Source of the DNA: Candidatus Obscuribacteraceae bacterium
Lineage (GTDB): Bacteria; Cyanobacteriota; Vampirovibrionia; Obscuribacterales; Obscuribacteraceae
Assembly (NCBI GenBank): GCA_044226015.1
Contig: JBGAHS010000003.1
Coordinates: forward strand, 192,001-256,000
DNA length: 64,000 bases
Direction of reading: 5' to 3'
Part shown: positions 51,555-61,647 of the stretch, piece by piece
Numbering within the stretch: the stretch's first letter is position 1
How the letters are laid out: each line of letters starts with the position of its first letter
The notes under the pieces: generated by a model
What the model saw: only the letters and a program-made list of their open reading frames with translations
Databases searched by the model: none
What the model was told of the DNA's origin: nothing
Made by a program: the position numbers and the translations under genes

Positions 51555-53027
51555 CTAGTTACCCTTATCGTGGAAAATCGATTCGAATGATTTTTGTGCA
51601 AGTCCACCCATGCTGTTGCTCTTTGTCAAACTGTAATTCGGCAAGTCAACTCTTGTAGGGAACTGGGACGCTGCCGGTGCAGCCGGAGGAGCCTCTGCTG
51701 GCGCCTGACTGGTTTTCACAGGCGCTGCCGGCGCAGGAATTGCATCGCTTTTTGCAGTTACCGACTCTGTTGATTCCCGAGCTGTGCCTGGGTTAACAGA
51801 CTCTGTCGGCGCAGGAATTGCATCGGTTTTGACAGATTCTGTTGGTGCCGGAATAGCGTCGGGTGCCGGTACCGCACCTGTATCTACTTTCACAAGCTTC
51901 GAGCTGTCGCCTGAAACTGATGCAGCTGCATTAGGCTCCACGAGTGTGCGCTGCTGAGCTACAGCATCGCCGTATAAATTGCCAGGAGCTTGAACTACAG
52001 TGCGAGCGTTGTCACCCGCATTATTCTCTAGACTGCGAACTCCCATAACCATGTTTGTCTTTTGCCATGCATCTTCAAGAAAAGCCTTCTTCTGATAGGC
52101 GTCGGTGCCCGTAAAGAACGCGTTTGTACCAACACCTGTGATGCTCAACAACAAGGAACTATCTTTGGTCGCCAATGCTGGCCAAGCATAAGCTGCGCCT
52201 TTCGCAACATTACCTGCCAAGCCGACCATGAATCCTCCGTTGATACCTGCAAAAAGCACGTCACTTGCGGCTCGACCATCAATGGGTTTCTCGCCAGTAA
52301 GATAGTCCAGTGACTTGTAGCCACTTCCAAGAAGAAAACCATTTCCATAATTGCTGATCGTTGTGCCCTCAGCAGCCTTTATCCACTGGGCTCCACTATT
52401 CATCAGAACGAATGCACCAGCGTTTCTGACATAACCGCTAAAGTCAGTCATTTCTCTTCCAGCAAGAACATTATTCAAGGCTCCACCTGCAACGTAAGCA
52501 GCAGCCAATCCTGCTCCCACTAAGCCGGCGTGTTCTGTCAAAGCAACAACTCCTTTAGCTATCCCATAAGTTGTAGCTACGCTTGCCGCGTCAGAATATG
52601 ATTTCCTAAAATCGTAATCCCACTGATTCAAGGTCCTGCCTTTTCCTGCCTTTGCCTCTTCTAAGTCAGCCAGCTGCGCGGCGCCGAGTTCTCCAACCAA
52701 GCGCGATTCGTCCATACGAACTACACCGGCCCATGTTCTATCATCGATATTCTCCTTAGCCGTCTCAGAGTAAATGAAAGACTTAGCTTTTCTCTCGGCA
52801 GGAGAATCATTTGCAAAAGAGCCAGCAACTTCTGGCAGATCAGTGAACGTTAGTGTTCTGGCGTTTTTCTCAGCTGCAAAAACTTTGTTGAGTGATACAT
52901 CTCCATGAACTCCGTTGCTGTAGAGCTCGTCCATTACATGACGATTAAAGCGCCGGTCCTTATCTTCGTATAGGCTCTCGGCTTTCTCTTTTGGCGACTC
53001 TTGTTCCGATGCTTTATTCTCTACCAT
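51555..53027 (-). CDS. Hypothetical protein with Gly/Ala-rich hydrophobic core and Pro/Ala repeat tail
   Basis: 490-aa ORF, glycine-zipper-like helices, DAIPAP(TESV) repeats. Confidence 0.8.
   Translation of the reverse strand: MVENKASEQESPKEKAESLYEDKDRRFNRHVMDELYSNGVHGDVSLNKVFAAEKNARTLTFTDLPEVAGSFANDSPAERKAKSFIYSETAKENIDDRTWAGVVRMDESRLVGELGAAQLADLEEAKAGKGRTLNQWDYDFRKSYSDAASVATTYGIAKGVVALTEHAGLVGAGLAAAYVAGGALNNVLAGREMTDFSGYVRNAGAFVLMNSGAQWIKAAEGTTISNYGNGFLLGSGYKSLDYLTGEKPIDGRAASDVLFAGINGGFMVGLAGNVAKGAAYAWPALATKDSSLLLSITGVGTNAFFTGTDAYQKKAFLEDAWQKTNMVMGVRSLENNAGDNARTVVQAPGNLYGDAVAQQRTLVEPNAAASVSGDSSKLVKVDTGAVPAPDAIPAPTESVKTDAIPAPTESVNPGTARESTESVTAKSDAIPAPAAPVKTSQAPAEAPPAAPAASQFPTRVDLPNYSLTKSNSMGGLAQKSFESIFHDKGN
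51729..51862 (-). repeat. Intragenic repeats encoding DAIPAP
   Basis: CGGCGCAGGAATTGCATCG exact at 51729 and 51807, with a diverged copy near 51845. Confidence 0.75.
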
Positions 53028-53177
53028 GATTTCAAAGTCCTATTGATGATGCCAACCATGCATCGAATTTACTAAGCATCCCGTGAATTCCCAGTGAAAA
53101 CATATATGAACAGACATGCACTCATATCTTTCAATGAGCGTGCTGAATTGAATATTCGGGTTCTCCAAAAAGCATTT

Positions 53178-53206
53178 AAAACCAAAAACCCCCCTTTTGG
53201 GGAGGC
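53178..53206 (-). terminator. Intrinsic terminator of the pilin-like gene
   Basis: CCTCCCC-AAAA-GGGGGG followed by TTTTTGGTTTT on the minus strand. Confidence 0.7.
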
Positions 53207-53237
53207 TCCTGGTTGGCGTTGGCGGGGGAAAAACCGT

Positions 53238-53741
53238 TTAGCTGAAGAGGTTGGCGTCGCGGGCAGATGCAACCAACCAGTTGATACAACCTGGTGTTGC
53301 GAGACCGCCAGTTACACCGGCAGCGCCCCAGAGCACTCTCTTCATTGCATCTTGGGTGCCGGCAGCCATGTGCATGAAGCCCATGATCATTGTCGGACCG
53401 CCCCATGCGATGCCTAAAATTTCCATACCGTTTGCGATGATGTTCAGCAAAGCTTCTAAGTTTGCCAGGTTGTTAACACGGACGGTACCTGCAGTGTTAA
53501 CACCTTGAATAACGGTTGCATCGCCACCTTGTGGTCCAATCGTACCGTTTGTAGCACCTTGTAGCATAGGAGCTGCGGCAGCGCCACCTTGCTGTGTTTG
53601 AGAGCCAGTGTAGTTGCCGGTGTTTTGAGTTTGATTACCGGTTGCAGCAGTTGAATCGAACGCATCTTGTGCTAATGCTGGTCCTGCGAGTGCTGCCATA
53701 ATTCCGAACGAAAGAGCGACGCGAGTAATAGAATTACGCAT
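53238..53741 (-). CDS. VirB2/TrbC-like pilin-domain protein, copy 1
   Basis: GGAGGT RBS, signal peptide ALA|QD, Gln/Gly/Thr-rich linker, two hydrophobic helices. Confidence 0.7.
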   Translation of the reverse strand: MRNSITRVALSFGIMAALAGPALAQDAFDSTAATGNQTQNTGNYTGSQTQQGGAAAAPMLQGATNGTIGPQGGDATVIQGVNTAGTVRVNNLANLEALLNIIANGMEILGIAWGGPTMIMGFMHMAAGTQDAMKRVLWGAAGVTGGLATPGCINWLVASARDANLFS

Positions 53742-53822
53742 GCGAATAACCTCCAGGAGTTCTCGTCATTTAGTTTTTTAGTAAGGTGATTTGAAAGAGT
53801 TGCAAGTGCAACCGCGTGATTA

Positions 53823-53856
53823 AAATTACGCGAGAAAAGAGGTGAAGTCAAGTACC
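53823..53856 (-). promoter_or_regulatory. Sigma70-type promoter of pilin-like copy 1
   Basis: GGTAC-TTGACT-17bp-TAATTT; same layout upstream of copy 2. Confidence 0.55.
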
Positions 53857-54012
53857 TAATTTCAATTCAGCCGACATTTAATCTTGGAAACCCAAATAAA
53901 GGCACGCAAGCCAGACAGAGACTGAATAGTTTTGCCCGAGAAAGCTTCCGCTCGGAGAGTTTCGCCAGAGCTATCAGGATCTGATAAGTAGACATTGAAC
54001 GATAAGTTTCTA

Positions 54013-54054
54013 TACCTCTGGCTGAACACAAGTTACCTCTGGCTGAACACAAGT
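54013..54054. repeat. Perfect 21-bp tandem duplication
   Basis: TACCTCTGGCTGAACACAAGT twice. Confidence 0.9.
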
Positions 54055-54150
54055 TCCTCACAAAACGCGAGTACGATCTGATTTGAAAATTGTCTTTCCT
54101 ATTATGTGCAATGAGGACCAACGCACCAGCGACGCCTCATGGGGAACAAC

Positions 54151-54738
54151 ATGGCAAAAATTTTGATCGTCGAAGACGAAACAGACCTTGCTGCATGCTT
54201 ACAAAGCGCACTAGCAAAAGATCAACACATTGTAGAAATTATCGATAACGGCGAGGAAGCGGCGCGGCATCTTTCAACGTATGGATTTGATTTGATTATT
54301 CTCGACTGGATGCTACCTGGCATGAGCGGCATAGATGTATGCAAGCGATACCGAAAAAATGGTGGCGATGCACAAGTGATGATGCTGACAGCAAGGTCAC
54401 ATGTCGACGATCGAGCTGAAGGACTCGACGCCGGAGCCGATGATTACCTGGGAAAACCATTTCACATGAAAGAGTTCCTCGCTCGGGTCAGAGCAATGCT
54501 ACGACGCAGCAACCACACTCATTCGCATCTTCTCAAAATCGGTGATATTGTGATCGATACCAGTGCTTCTCACTTAGAATCTAACGACAAGAAAAGCAAA
54601 CTTCTCAGGAAAGAGCTGGACATTCTTGTATTCCTACTGAAGTATCCCGGGCGTTCCTTCACCGCAGAGGAGTTGCTCATGGTATTGTACTCGGTGCCTT
54701 TCTTTTGCCGCCTCATAGTTCTTAGAGCGAACCAATAA
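54151..54738 (+). CDS. OmpR-family response regulator with truncated DNA-binding domain (possible pseudogene)
   Basis: Intact receiver (VEDE, LDWMLP, KPF); homology to 44547..45218 stops after FTAEELL. Confidence 0.85.
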   Translation: MAKILIVEDETDLAACLQSALAKDQHIVEIIDNGEEAARHLSTYGFDLIILDWMLPGMSGIDVCKRYRKNGGDAQVMMLTARSHVDDRAEGLDAGADDYLGKPFHMKEFLARVRAMLRRSNHTHSHLLKIGDIVIDTSASHLESNDKKSKLLRKELDILVFLLKYPGRSFTAEELLMVLYSVPFFCRLIVLRANQ

Positions 54739-54833
54739 TTTCCAGATCTTTGGTGATTTGAACATCGATCACACACTGATTTAACACTTCTCTGGCAAGA
54801 TGTAAAAGCGAGCCCTAAAATTCGGTTTATCTC

Positions 54834-55904
54834 ATGCGAGCTATATTCGTGCGCGCGTCTATATTGCTGTGCCTATTTTCCGCCGCCCTGGCGTCTCAAG
54901 CGATTGCCTACGAGGAGAGATATTTGCCGCTAACAAACAATGTGCTCAGCAAACGCTTTCGTCAGCAATTACTCATTGACCCTCTCGAAAAAGGTAACGC
55001 AGTGAGCTTTGAAAAAACAAAACTATCAATTTCGGAAACTGGCCGATTGAATTGTTACGGTACAGACCAATTGGGTAAGAAATGGTCACTCACTGCAGGA
55101 AGCTGGAACGGCTGCGCATCAGTCTGGACCGCAGACCTCGACAAAAACGGCAAGAATGATCTCATTATTGCGATGCGGACACCCAGCGACGGTTACGAGC
55201 CAGGAGCACAACTAATCTTCCTCATGTTTGAAAAAAATGGTCGACCGGCGCCCTGGGCAGTGAGTGGATTCTTCGATATAGACGAGCATGGGCTGAAAGA
55301 CCTTCTCGATGTTGATGGCGACGGACATGCAGAATTGCTGAAACAAAGTATTAATGACGGCTATTGGCTCACCACCGTATACGAGTCTTTCAACGCGAAA
55401 TGGAAAAAGCTGAACAACTTTAATGGCAACGACGTGCCGCTCTATACTCGCTACACCGAAGAGGAAAACAGAACCGCTATCAAACCGCCACCCTATCGCC
55501 ATCCTTACGAACCCGACTATTCAAATGATAAATCTAATTCAGCTTTCTCACGGGGAGTTTTTGCCAGCTCAATTGATTGGAAAAAAAAGAAAGACGACCC
55601 CGTCATGTACCTTTCAAACAACCAACGCGTACGGCTCGCAAAATGCAGCGCGTCTGCCTATGTAAGCATTGACGATGAAACTGGTAGACGTATTGCATTC
55701 TTTTCCGCACGCGAGGTGACGAACAAGTTCTTGAACGAAATAAGGTCTCGCCATATGAAGGTAATTATCAAAGGAAACTCGAAGGGCGAGCTATCGAGCG
55801 AGATCGCTGCAAATGAGATAGCAGCGAAATCAAGCAATTCAGAATCAAACAATTGCGGAACCCCGCTAGACATTGCTCTTTTGAACAGCACAGAATTGCC
55901 CTGA
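54834..55904 (+). CDS. Secreted protein with FG-GAP/VCBS-like Ca-binding motifs
   Basis: Signal peptide; ADLDKNGKNDLII and DVDGDGHAELL. Confidence 0.75.
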   Translation: MRAIFVRASILLCLFSAALASQAIAYEERYLPLTNNVLSKRFRQQLLIDPLEKGNAVSFEKTKLSISETGRLNCYGTDQLGKKWSLTAGSWNGCASVWTADLDKNGKNDLIIAMRTPSDGYEPGAQLIFLMFEKNGRPAPWAVSGFFDIDEHGLKDLLDVDGDGHAELLKQSINDGYWLTTVYESFNAKWKKLNNFNGNDVPLYTRYTEEENRTAIKPPPYRHPYEPDYSNDKSNSAFSRGVFASSIDWKKKKDDPVMYLSNNQRVRLAKCSASAYVSIDDETGRRIAFFSAREVTNKFLNEIRSRHMKVIIKGNSKGELSSEIAANEIAAKSSNSESNNCGTPLDIALLNSTELP

Positions 55905-55911
55905 GGCTCAT

Positions 55912-58900
55912 CTAGAAGCCACTCGCTCCAGTGGGCTTTTTACACGCGGGGAGATCACGCCCCGACTTTATAGCGTCCTGTAGTGCATATGCAAATGCAA
56001 GAAATTTCTTGTTCGTCTCTGATTTAGGGTTCAGCTCGACTGCACGCTTCGAAACAAGAACGAGTCCATCGGATGCAGCCTTGTTTCGCAAACCGAAAAA
56101 CAAGGACTGCCTGTAGTACCTGGAAGCCAACTTGAGACGGTCTTTCTCGCTGCTTGAGCCGGGCTCTGCATAATATCTACAAATATCTCCCATCATGTTG
56201 AGGCAATCTCGTGCAATTTTTGCATCATCGTCGCTTCCGCTGCGAGAGAGCAAATCTAGAGTTTTCGAGATTTGGGGAATAGCCGATTTGAGCAAACCCA
56301 ATTGTAAGTAAAACTTGACCAAACAAAATGACTCTGTTGCAGACAAATACATTTTATCGATGGTTAGTCTCTGCAGAAACTCTTCTGGGAAATCAAAAGA
56401 AAGCTGCGCGCTAAACGCAGCCGAGGCTCTCTGACTTTTGTCCACTTGATGCTGTTCCATTAACGCAAGCGCACGTTCAGCCTCTACAAGTGACTTCAAA
56501 TTGCTGGGGTCAACTGCGACGGACAGACCAAATTCATGAAGTGCTTTATCGTAATTGCGCTTGCTCAGAAAGAGCCCGCCATACTCCATATGGGCAGCAG
56601 ACAGATTCCTTCGCCAATTCTCATTAGTAGGACTCAGAGACAAAGCACGATTATGAAGCGGAATAGAATCTTTCCAGAAACCATTTGAGCCTAACAATAC
56701 TGCAAAGTCATTTGCCAGTTTTGACTCCTTTGAACTTTCTTCAGAGCGAGGATGTGCGCGCAAGTCTTCATCAAAGAAGAGCACCTCCTCCCCTTCTGGT
56801 TGAGATTTCGCAGCCAATTCGTTGGGCAAATCGAGTTGCGGCAGAGGAGGTAATACCACGGTGGTTTCGGGCTCCGCACTCAGCGAAATAGGATAGATCG
56901 ATGGGTCAATCAGACTCGTACTTATGCACGGAACATCAACCTGCTCGGCAGTATTGATGGCTTGGGAAACACTTGGTGTATTGGTCGAATCAAAACTAAA
57001 CTCGATATAGACTTCAGCAGGAGCCCCAGCAGGCAAAGGCTTGAACGAAGACTCTCTGACACTGGCAAGAGCGATTTGGTCATTGAATTCAAAACCAGAC
57101 GATTGGCTTAAGTGAGAATTCAACAACCTTCCACTTCGGTCTACAGCGAATTGAACCTTTGCAGGCTGGTCGGAAGCAAGAGCAGATCTCTTTCGCCATA
57201 GAGTCTTCAATGATGTTGTCAGCTCTTTCATGTATGGTCCGTAGTCAAGATCACCTGCTGCCACTTGAGCAGGGACTGAACCTTTGCCAACAGAGAAGAA
57301 AAACTTTTTCAAATCAAATCCCTCAATAAATTCAAACCGAGGAATGCCTGTTTCTGCAGGCTTATGTGCAGCCGCCCAAATTTTTACTTCAAGAACAGCA
57401 TAATGACTTTCAAGAGTTTCGTCTTTTCCGTTGACAAACCCGGACAAACTCGCTTTATTCTTGGTCGCAATTTCAGCATTCTCGCCCAGCGAAAATGACT
57501 CCCCAATAGCTTTTCTGGCCACTCGAAGCGCCTCTGATTTTTGTCCGCACTCATTCAAAATACGAACATAATCCACGATTACCGCTGACATAGGTTTGTT
57601 GTCCAGTTCGAATGCCATTTTTGCTAATTGAACCGCCTCGTCGGGACTTCCATCTACCAGTGCCGTTTTGGCCGCATCGACAAGTGCCCGCGCGTAAGCA
57701 TCCTTTCTAAAATCAAAATATTCCTGGTAGGTCTTGTTTTTTGCATCAAGCTGCCGAGCCTTTTTCGCCCACTCAAATTGGTCCTTATTAGAACCGCCGA
57801 CCATAGCCAATTCGAAGGCCCATTGCGCCGACGGATTCAAACCAAAAGCACTTCTAGCAAGGTCAAAAGAGCCCGGACGATTCTGCTTCCAAAAATCGGA
57901 TAGACGCTCTTCCGCTTGAAGGTTAATTGAATTTGCGGGTTTGCTGGAATCAATTTTCTTGATTTGCTCCAGATCTTGTTTAAGTAATTCATCTGTTGGG
58001 TTCGCTGACTCAGCAGCTTCCCCTACAGAAATCGCTTCATTTACTAAACCTCGCTTTAAGAGAGCACGGCTTTGCAGAAGCAGCTTGTATGACCGAATAC
58101 TCCTTTGCTTTTCAAGCAAATCAGCCAAAATGCGATTTGCATCGGAAGAAAGCGAGGGGTCAATCTTCGTAGCTTGCTGGCACATCGAAACTGCCGTTGG
58201 GATATCATCGAGAAAGACTCTTAGCTGAGCCTCTTGAAGCATCTCTCTTGCAGACGTAGGCATTCGCTCTAGCACCTGAGAAAAGAGCTCAGGGCTGTCT
58301 GGGAAGCGGCTATACCCATCAAGACTTGCGGCAACTGCCCCTTCGTAATCACCTTTTTTCAAATAGCATGAAATAATCTCTCGGCAAATATCAACATTCT
58401 GCGGGCGCACCAGATATAAATAATTCAACGCATGTTCAAACTCTTGAAATGATAAATACTTCTTGCCAATTTCATAGTTGATTTTGAAATCGCAAGGGTC
58501 GCCTTTCTCACGAGTCACAAACAATTCTCTTGCGCGCAAGAGTTGCTCGAGCGCTGTGCGCTCATCACCTTTTTGCTCTGCTTCTTTGCTGAGTTTTAAT
58601 CGCTCTGACGAAGATGAAGGATTAACACCCATCGAAGAAAGACATTTATCAATCTTCCCCCGAACCCTTTCATGAAGTGTTTTTCCCGAGCCATCGTCTA
58701 CCCAAGATGCGGAGAAACCCGCAGGTGGTAATGCGCGATAAAGCCATTTTAGAGCAATGGAAGCGTCATTTTGCACAAAGTTTCCGCCAATCTTTTCGCA
58801 TAGAGCGTATACCTGTTCTGAGTCTCTTCCCTTCAATTCCGAATAGATTTGCTCAGCCAGCCCCTCATTTCGAAGCAATGCAGCAGCTCTCAAGCCTGCC

Positions 58901-60411
58901 ACGCTTGGCACAGTATGGTCAAGCAAAATGGTATGAAAAACAAAAACCTCGTCACCCTCCACCGTGTCTGCAACGAATAGCTTTTGCGACTGTTTTGTGA
59001 GTGATTCGGCTCGTTCCACCCGATTTGTTTTACTCAAAATACTAGCGTAAAGATCCCAAATTTTCTTAGGAGAATAAGTATGCAACCCTGGTTCAATTTC
59101 AAGCTTGAACCCTTCTTCGCGTGCAAAAAGCCAATCATCAATCGGCTGATTTTGTAATGCGATTTTTTTATCGCTTACAATTTCATTCCACTTAGTTTCG
59201 CGCAATTCGTGCTCAGCCACTCGCTCATTTTTAGGCTCTCTACTGGCACAATTACAATCATCGTAATTTTTCCATGTCGGTATTGACTCATCAAAATCCA
59301 CAGAGTCAGGAAGCGCAAGAACCGCACTTGCAGGAATATGGGGCATCGTACAGGCTGGAACAGGAACATAACTTAAAGCGAGATCAATACAAGCGCGGTC
59401 ATCAAAAAGAGGCGTTTCAAACAATTTCTCAGCGATCTTGTTTGAAGAATATGCACCGGCTGCCAACTGATCTGATACATCAGGTTCAACGCCGAATAAT
59501 TGAATTGCTTTCGTACAGTCTTCTTCAGCCTGGCTATAATTTTCGCTTTCGAGTGAGCGTCGTGCCCGCTCATATAACAAACGAGTAGCAAAGAAAACGC
59601 TATCGGCAAGTTCTGTTTCCCTGCTATTTTTTATCAAAGCACAAGCTCTGTTCAATACGTCATCGAGCGATTTTTTTCCATCTTTTACGCGCACTGCTAA
59701 GATTGCTGCGTTCAGAAAACAGCGAAGCGACAGATTGCGAACTCCAGCGCTCCAATACTTTTCAGCAGCGAGAGCTGAGTACGAACCAGCTTCGGCGTGT
59801 TGCAAATTGCGTGATGAAATGAATGCTAGTAAAGCATGGCAATCAGCCTGAGCAAGATTCAAGCTATCGTTTTCAGAAGATGCCAATCCGCTAGTGCCTT
59901 GCAGTTCATTGAAATAACTGAGCGCCTTTCGTACCTCAGATGAAGCTGAGTCCAAGTCACCCACCTTGCAGTGTAGCAAGGCTAAGTCATAGCTTAGAGC
60001 AGCCAGATTCTTCTTAGAAATTTGAACATCCGATGCATCCTTCATCGCATTCTCGAGCAGCACAACAGCAAAGCATCGGTCATCTTGAGATGACATGGCC
60101 AGCCTGTGGATGCAGCCAAGCAACATACGACGTTCTCTGGGTAATTTTTGCAAACGACGGATTGCATTCTCTAATCGATTTATACAACCATCAGCCTCAG
60201 TTACTCCTACCTTGCGAATCCCCTCGTTCCAATTCCTTGCAGATACAAGTTCATCCTTTATTGCTTGAACTTCATCACCTGACCTGGACCTCAATGTTTG
60301 CGCAGAGTCGTAAGATTCGACTGAATTCGCTGCGAAACCAGGAACAGCAATCGACAACGATTGAGCCAGAAGTGCCAGGGAGATCAAAACTCGAGGAAAA
60401 AATTTCATCAC
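55912..60411 (-). CDS. Large secreted TPR protein with an internal TonB/TolA C-terminal-like domain
   Basis: Signal peptide, many TPR-like helices; DYGPYM..W..VQFAVDRSG..SQSSG..D..AL..V..FKPLP..IEFSF. Confidence 0.85.
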   Translation of the reverse strand: MMKFFPRVLISLALLAQSLSIAVPGFAANSVESYDSAQTLRSRSGDEVQAIKDELVSARNWNEGIRKVGVTEADGCINRLENAIRRLQKLPRERRMLLGCIHRLAMSSQDDRCFAVVLLENAMKDASDVQISKKNLAALSYDLALLHCKVGDLDSASSEVRKALSYFNELQGTSGLASSENDSLNLAQADCHALLAFISSRNLQHAEAGSYSALAAEKYWSAGVRNLSLRCFLNAAILAVRVKDGKKSLDDVLNRACALIKNSRETELADSVFFATRLLYERARRSLESENYSQAEEDCTKAIQLFGVEPDVSDQLAAGAYSSNKIAEKLFETPLFDDRACIDLALSYVPVPACTMPHIPASAVLALPDSVDFDESIPTWKNYDDCNCASREPKNERVAEHELRETKWNEIVSDKKIALQNQPIDDWLFAREEGFKLEIEPGLHTYSPKKIWDLYASILSKTNRVERAESLTKQSQKLFVADTVEGDEVFVFHTILLDHTVPSVAGLRAAALLRNEGLAEQIYSELKGRDSEQVYALCEKIGGNFVQNDASIALKWLYRALPPAGFSASWVDDGSGKTLHERVRGKIDKCLSSMGVNPSSSSERLKLSKEAEQKGDERTALEQLLRARELFVTREKGDPCDFKINYEIGKKYLSFQEFEHALNYLYLVRPQNVDICREIISCYLKKGDYEGAVAASLDGYSRFPDSPELFSQVLERMPTSAREMLQEAQLRVFLDDIPTAVSMCQQATKIDPSLSSDANRILADLLEKQRSIRSYKLLLQSRALLKRGLVNEAISVGEAAESANPTDELLKQDLEQIKKIDSSKPANSINLQAEERLSDFWKQNRPGSFDLARSAFGLNPSAQWAFELAMVGGSNKDQFEWAKKARQLDAKNKTYQEYFDFRKDAYARALVDAAKTALVDGSPDEAVQLAKMAFELDNKPMSAVIVDYVRILNECGQKSEALRVARKAIGESFSLGENAEIATKNKASLSGFVNGKDETLESHYAVLEVKIWAAAHKPAETGIPRFEFIEGFDLKKFFFSVGKGSVPAQVAAGDLDYGPYMKELTTSLKTLWRKRSALASDQPAKVQFAVDRSGRLLNSHLSQSSGFEFNDQIALASVRESSFKPLPAGAPAEVYIEFSFDSTNTPSVSQAINTAEQVDVPCISTSLIDPSIYPISLSAEPETTVVLPPLPQLDLPNELAAKSQPEGEEVLFFDEDLRAHPRSEESSKESKLANDFAVLLGSNGFWKDSIPLHNRALSLSPTNENWRRNLSAAHMEYGGLFLSKRNYDKALHEFGLSVAVDPSNLKSLVEAERALALMEQHQVDKSQRASAAFSAQLSFDFPEEFLQRLTIDKMYLSATESFCLVKFYLQLGLLKSAIPQISKTLDLLSRSGSDDDAKIARDCLNMMGDICRYYAEPGSSSEKDRLKLASRYYRQSLFFGLRNKAASDGLVLVSKRAVELNPKSETNKKFLAFAYALQDAIKSGRDLPACKKPTGASGF

Positions 60412-60485
60412 GAAATTTTAGCAAGAATGGAAATGTGAGACAATTAGCGTCTGCAAGGAATTAGGTTGACATTCGGAGAAGCATA

Positions 60486-61457
60486 GTGCCTGAACATAAA
60501 ATTCTGTACCTGAGTCGAGCTGATATCGAGACAGTCAATCTAGGCATGAAAGAAATTATTGATGCGCTAGAGACGGCTTTCAAAGAACACGGTGAAAGAC
60601 GTGTTGAAATGCCGCCAAAGCCCGGAATTCACACCAAGCCAGATGCTTTTATTCACGCAATGCCAGCTTATATTCCCGCCCTGAAGTCTGCGGGAGTGAA
60701 GTGGGTTTCAGGATATCCAGAGAATCAACAAAAGGGGCTTCCCTACATTAGCGGTCTACTGGTTTTGAACGATACTGAAACCGGATTACCGCTATCGATA
60801 ATGGACTGCACTTGGATTACCGCAAAGCGAACGGGTGCCGCAACGGCTCTTTCCGCAAAATATCTGGCACGCAAAAACTCTGAAAGCGTAGGAATTCTCG
60901 GGTGCGGCGTTCAGGGACACAGCAATCTTGAGGCTTTGAAAGTTCTGTTTCCACTAAAGCGAATGGTTGCTTACGACCGATCAACTGAAGTGGCAGAGAG
61001 ACTCTGCAAATACGCAGAGAGCTTAGGTATAGAAGGAACGGTAGCTTCAACGCCGAAACAAGCCGTCGAAGGGCTCGACATGATTGTCACCGCTGGACCC
61101 ATTCTGAGAAATCCTCACGCCACTATACAGAGAGACTGGATGGCTGAAGGCGCGTTTGCTTCTTTAGTAGACTTCGACTCATACTGGGCACCAGATGCGA
61201 TGGCACAATCGGCAAAATTCACGACCGATGACATACCTCAACTAGAGCACTACCGAAACATTGGTTACTTCAAGAAAATCCCCCAATTGTATGGAACACT
61301 CGGTGATATGGTCGCAGGAACTAAGCCAGGCAGAGAAAATGACAGTGAGCGAAATTTTGCCTGTAATCTTGGACTCGCAATCGATGACATGGCAACGGCC
61401 CCACTGGTCTATCAACTTGCAATCGAGAAAAAAATTGGGACATGGTTAGACGCTTAG
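60486..61457 (+). CDS. Ornithine cyclodeaminase/mu-crystallin family protein
   Basis: HAMPAY, GVKWVSGYP, ITAKRTGA, ILGCGVQG, GLAIDD. Confidence 0.93.
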   Translation: MPEHKILYLSRADIETVNLGMKEIIDALETAFKEHGERRVEMPPKPGIHTKPDAFIHAMPAYIPALKSAGVKWVSGYPENQQKGLPYISGLLVLNDTETGLPLSIMDCTWITAKRTGAATALSAKYLARKNSESVGILGCGVQGHSNLEALKVLFPLKRMVAYDRSTEVAERLCKYAESLGIEGTVASTPKQAVEGLDMIVTAGPILRNPHATIQRDWMAEGAFASLVDFDSYWAPDAMAQSAKFTTDDIPQLEHYRNIGYFKKIPQLYGTLGDMVAGTKPGRENDSERNFACNLGLAIDDMATAPLVYQLAIEKKIGTWLDA

Positions 61458-61589
61458 AAATCCGGTAACTAAATTGAAAGGTTACTACCTTATTCGTAGA
61501 CCCAGGCAATCTTGCCGCAAAGAAACTATTAGAACAATTTCTTGCAGAAAAAGACAAAAGCGAAAACACTCAAAAGACTAAATAGCAGA

Positions 61590-61616
61590 GTAAGGGGGCA
61601 CACCCTGCCCCCTTAC
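61590..61616. terminator. Strong hairpin between convergent genes, probable terminator
   Basis: Perfect 11-bp stem GTAAGGGGGCA/TGCCCCCTTAC; weak U-tract. Confidence 0.6.
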
Positions 61617-61647
61617 CTGTGACTACCTGACAAACTTTGTTGAGGAA

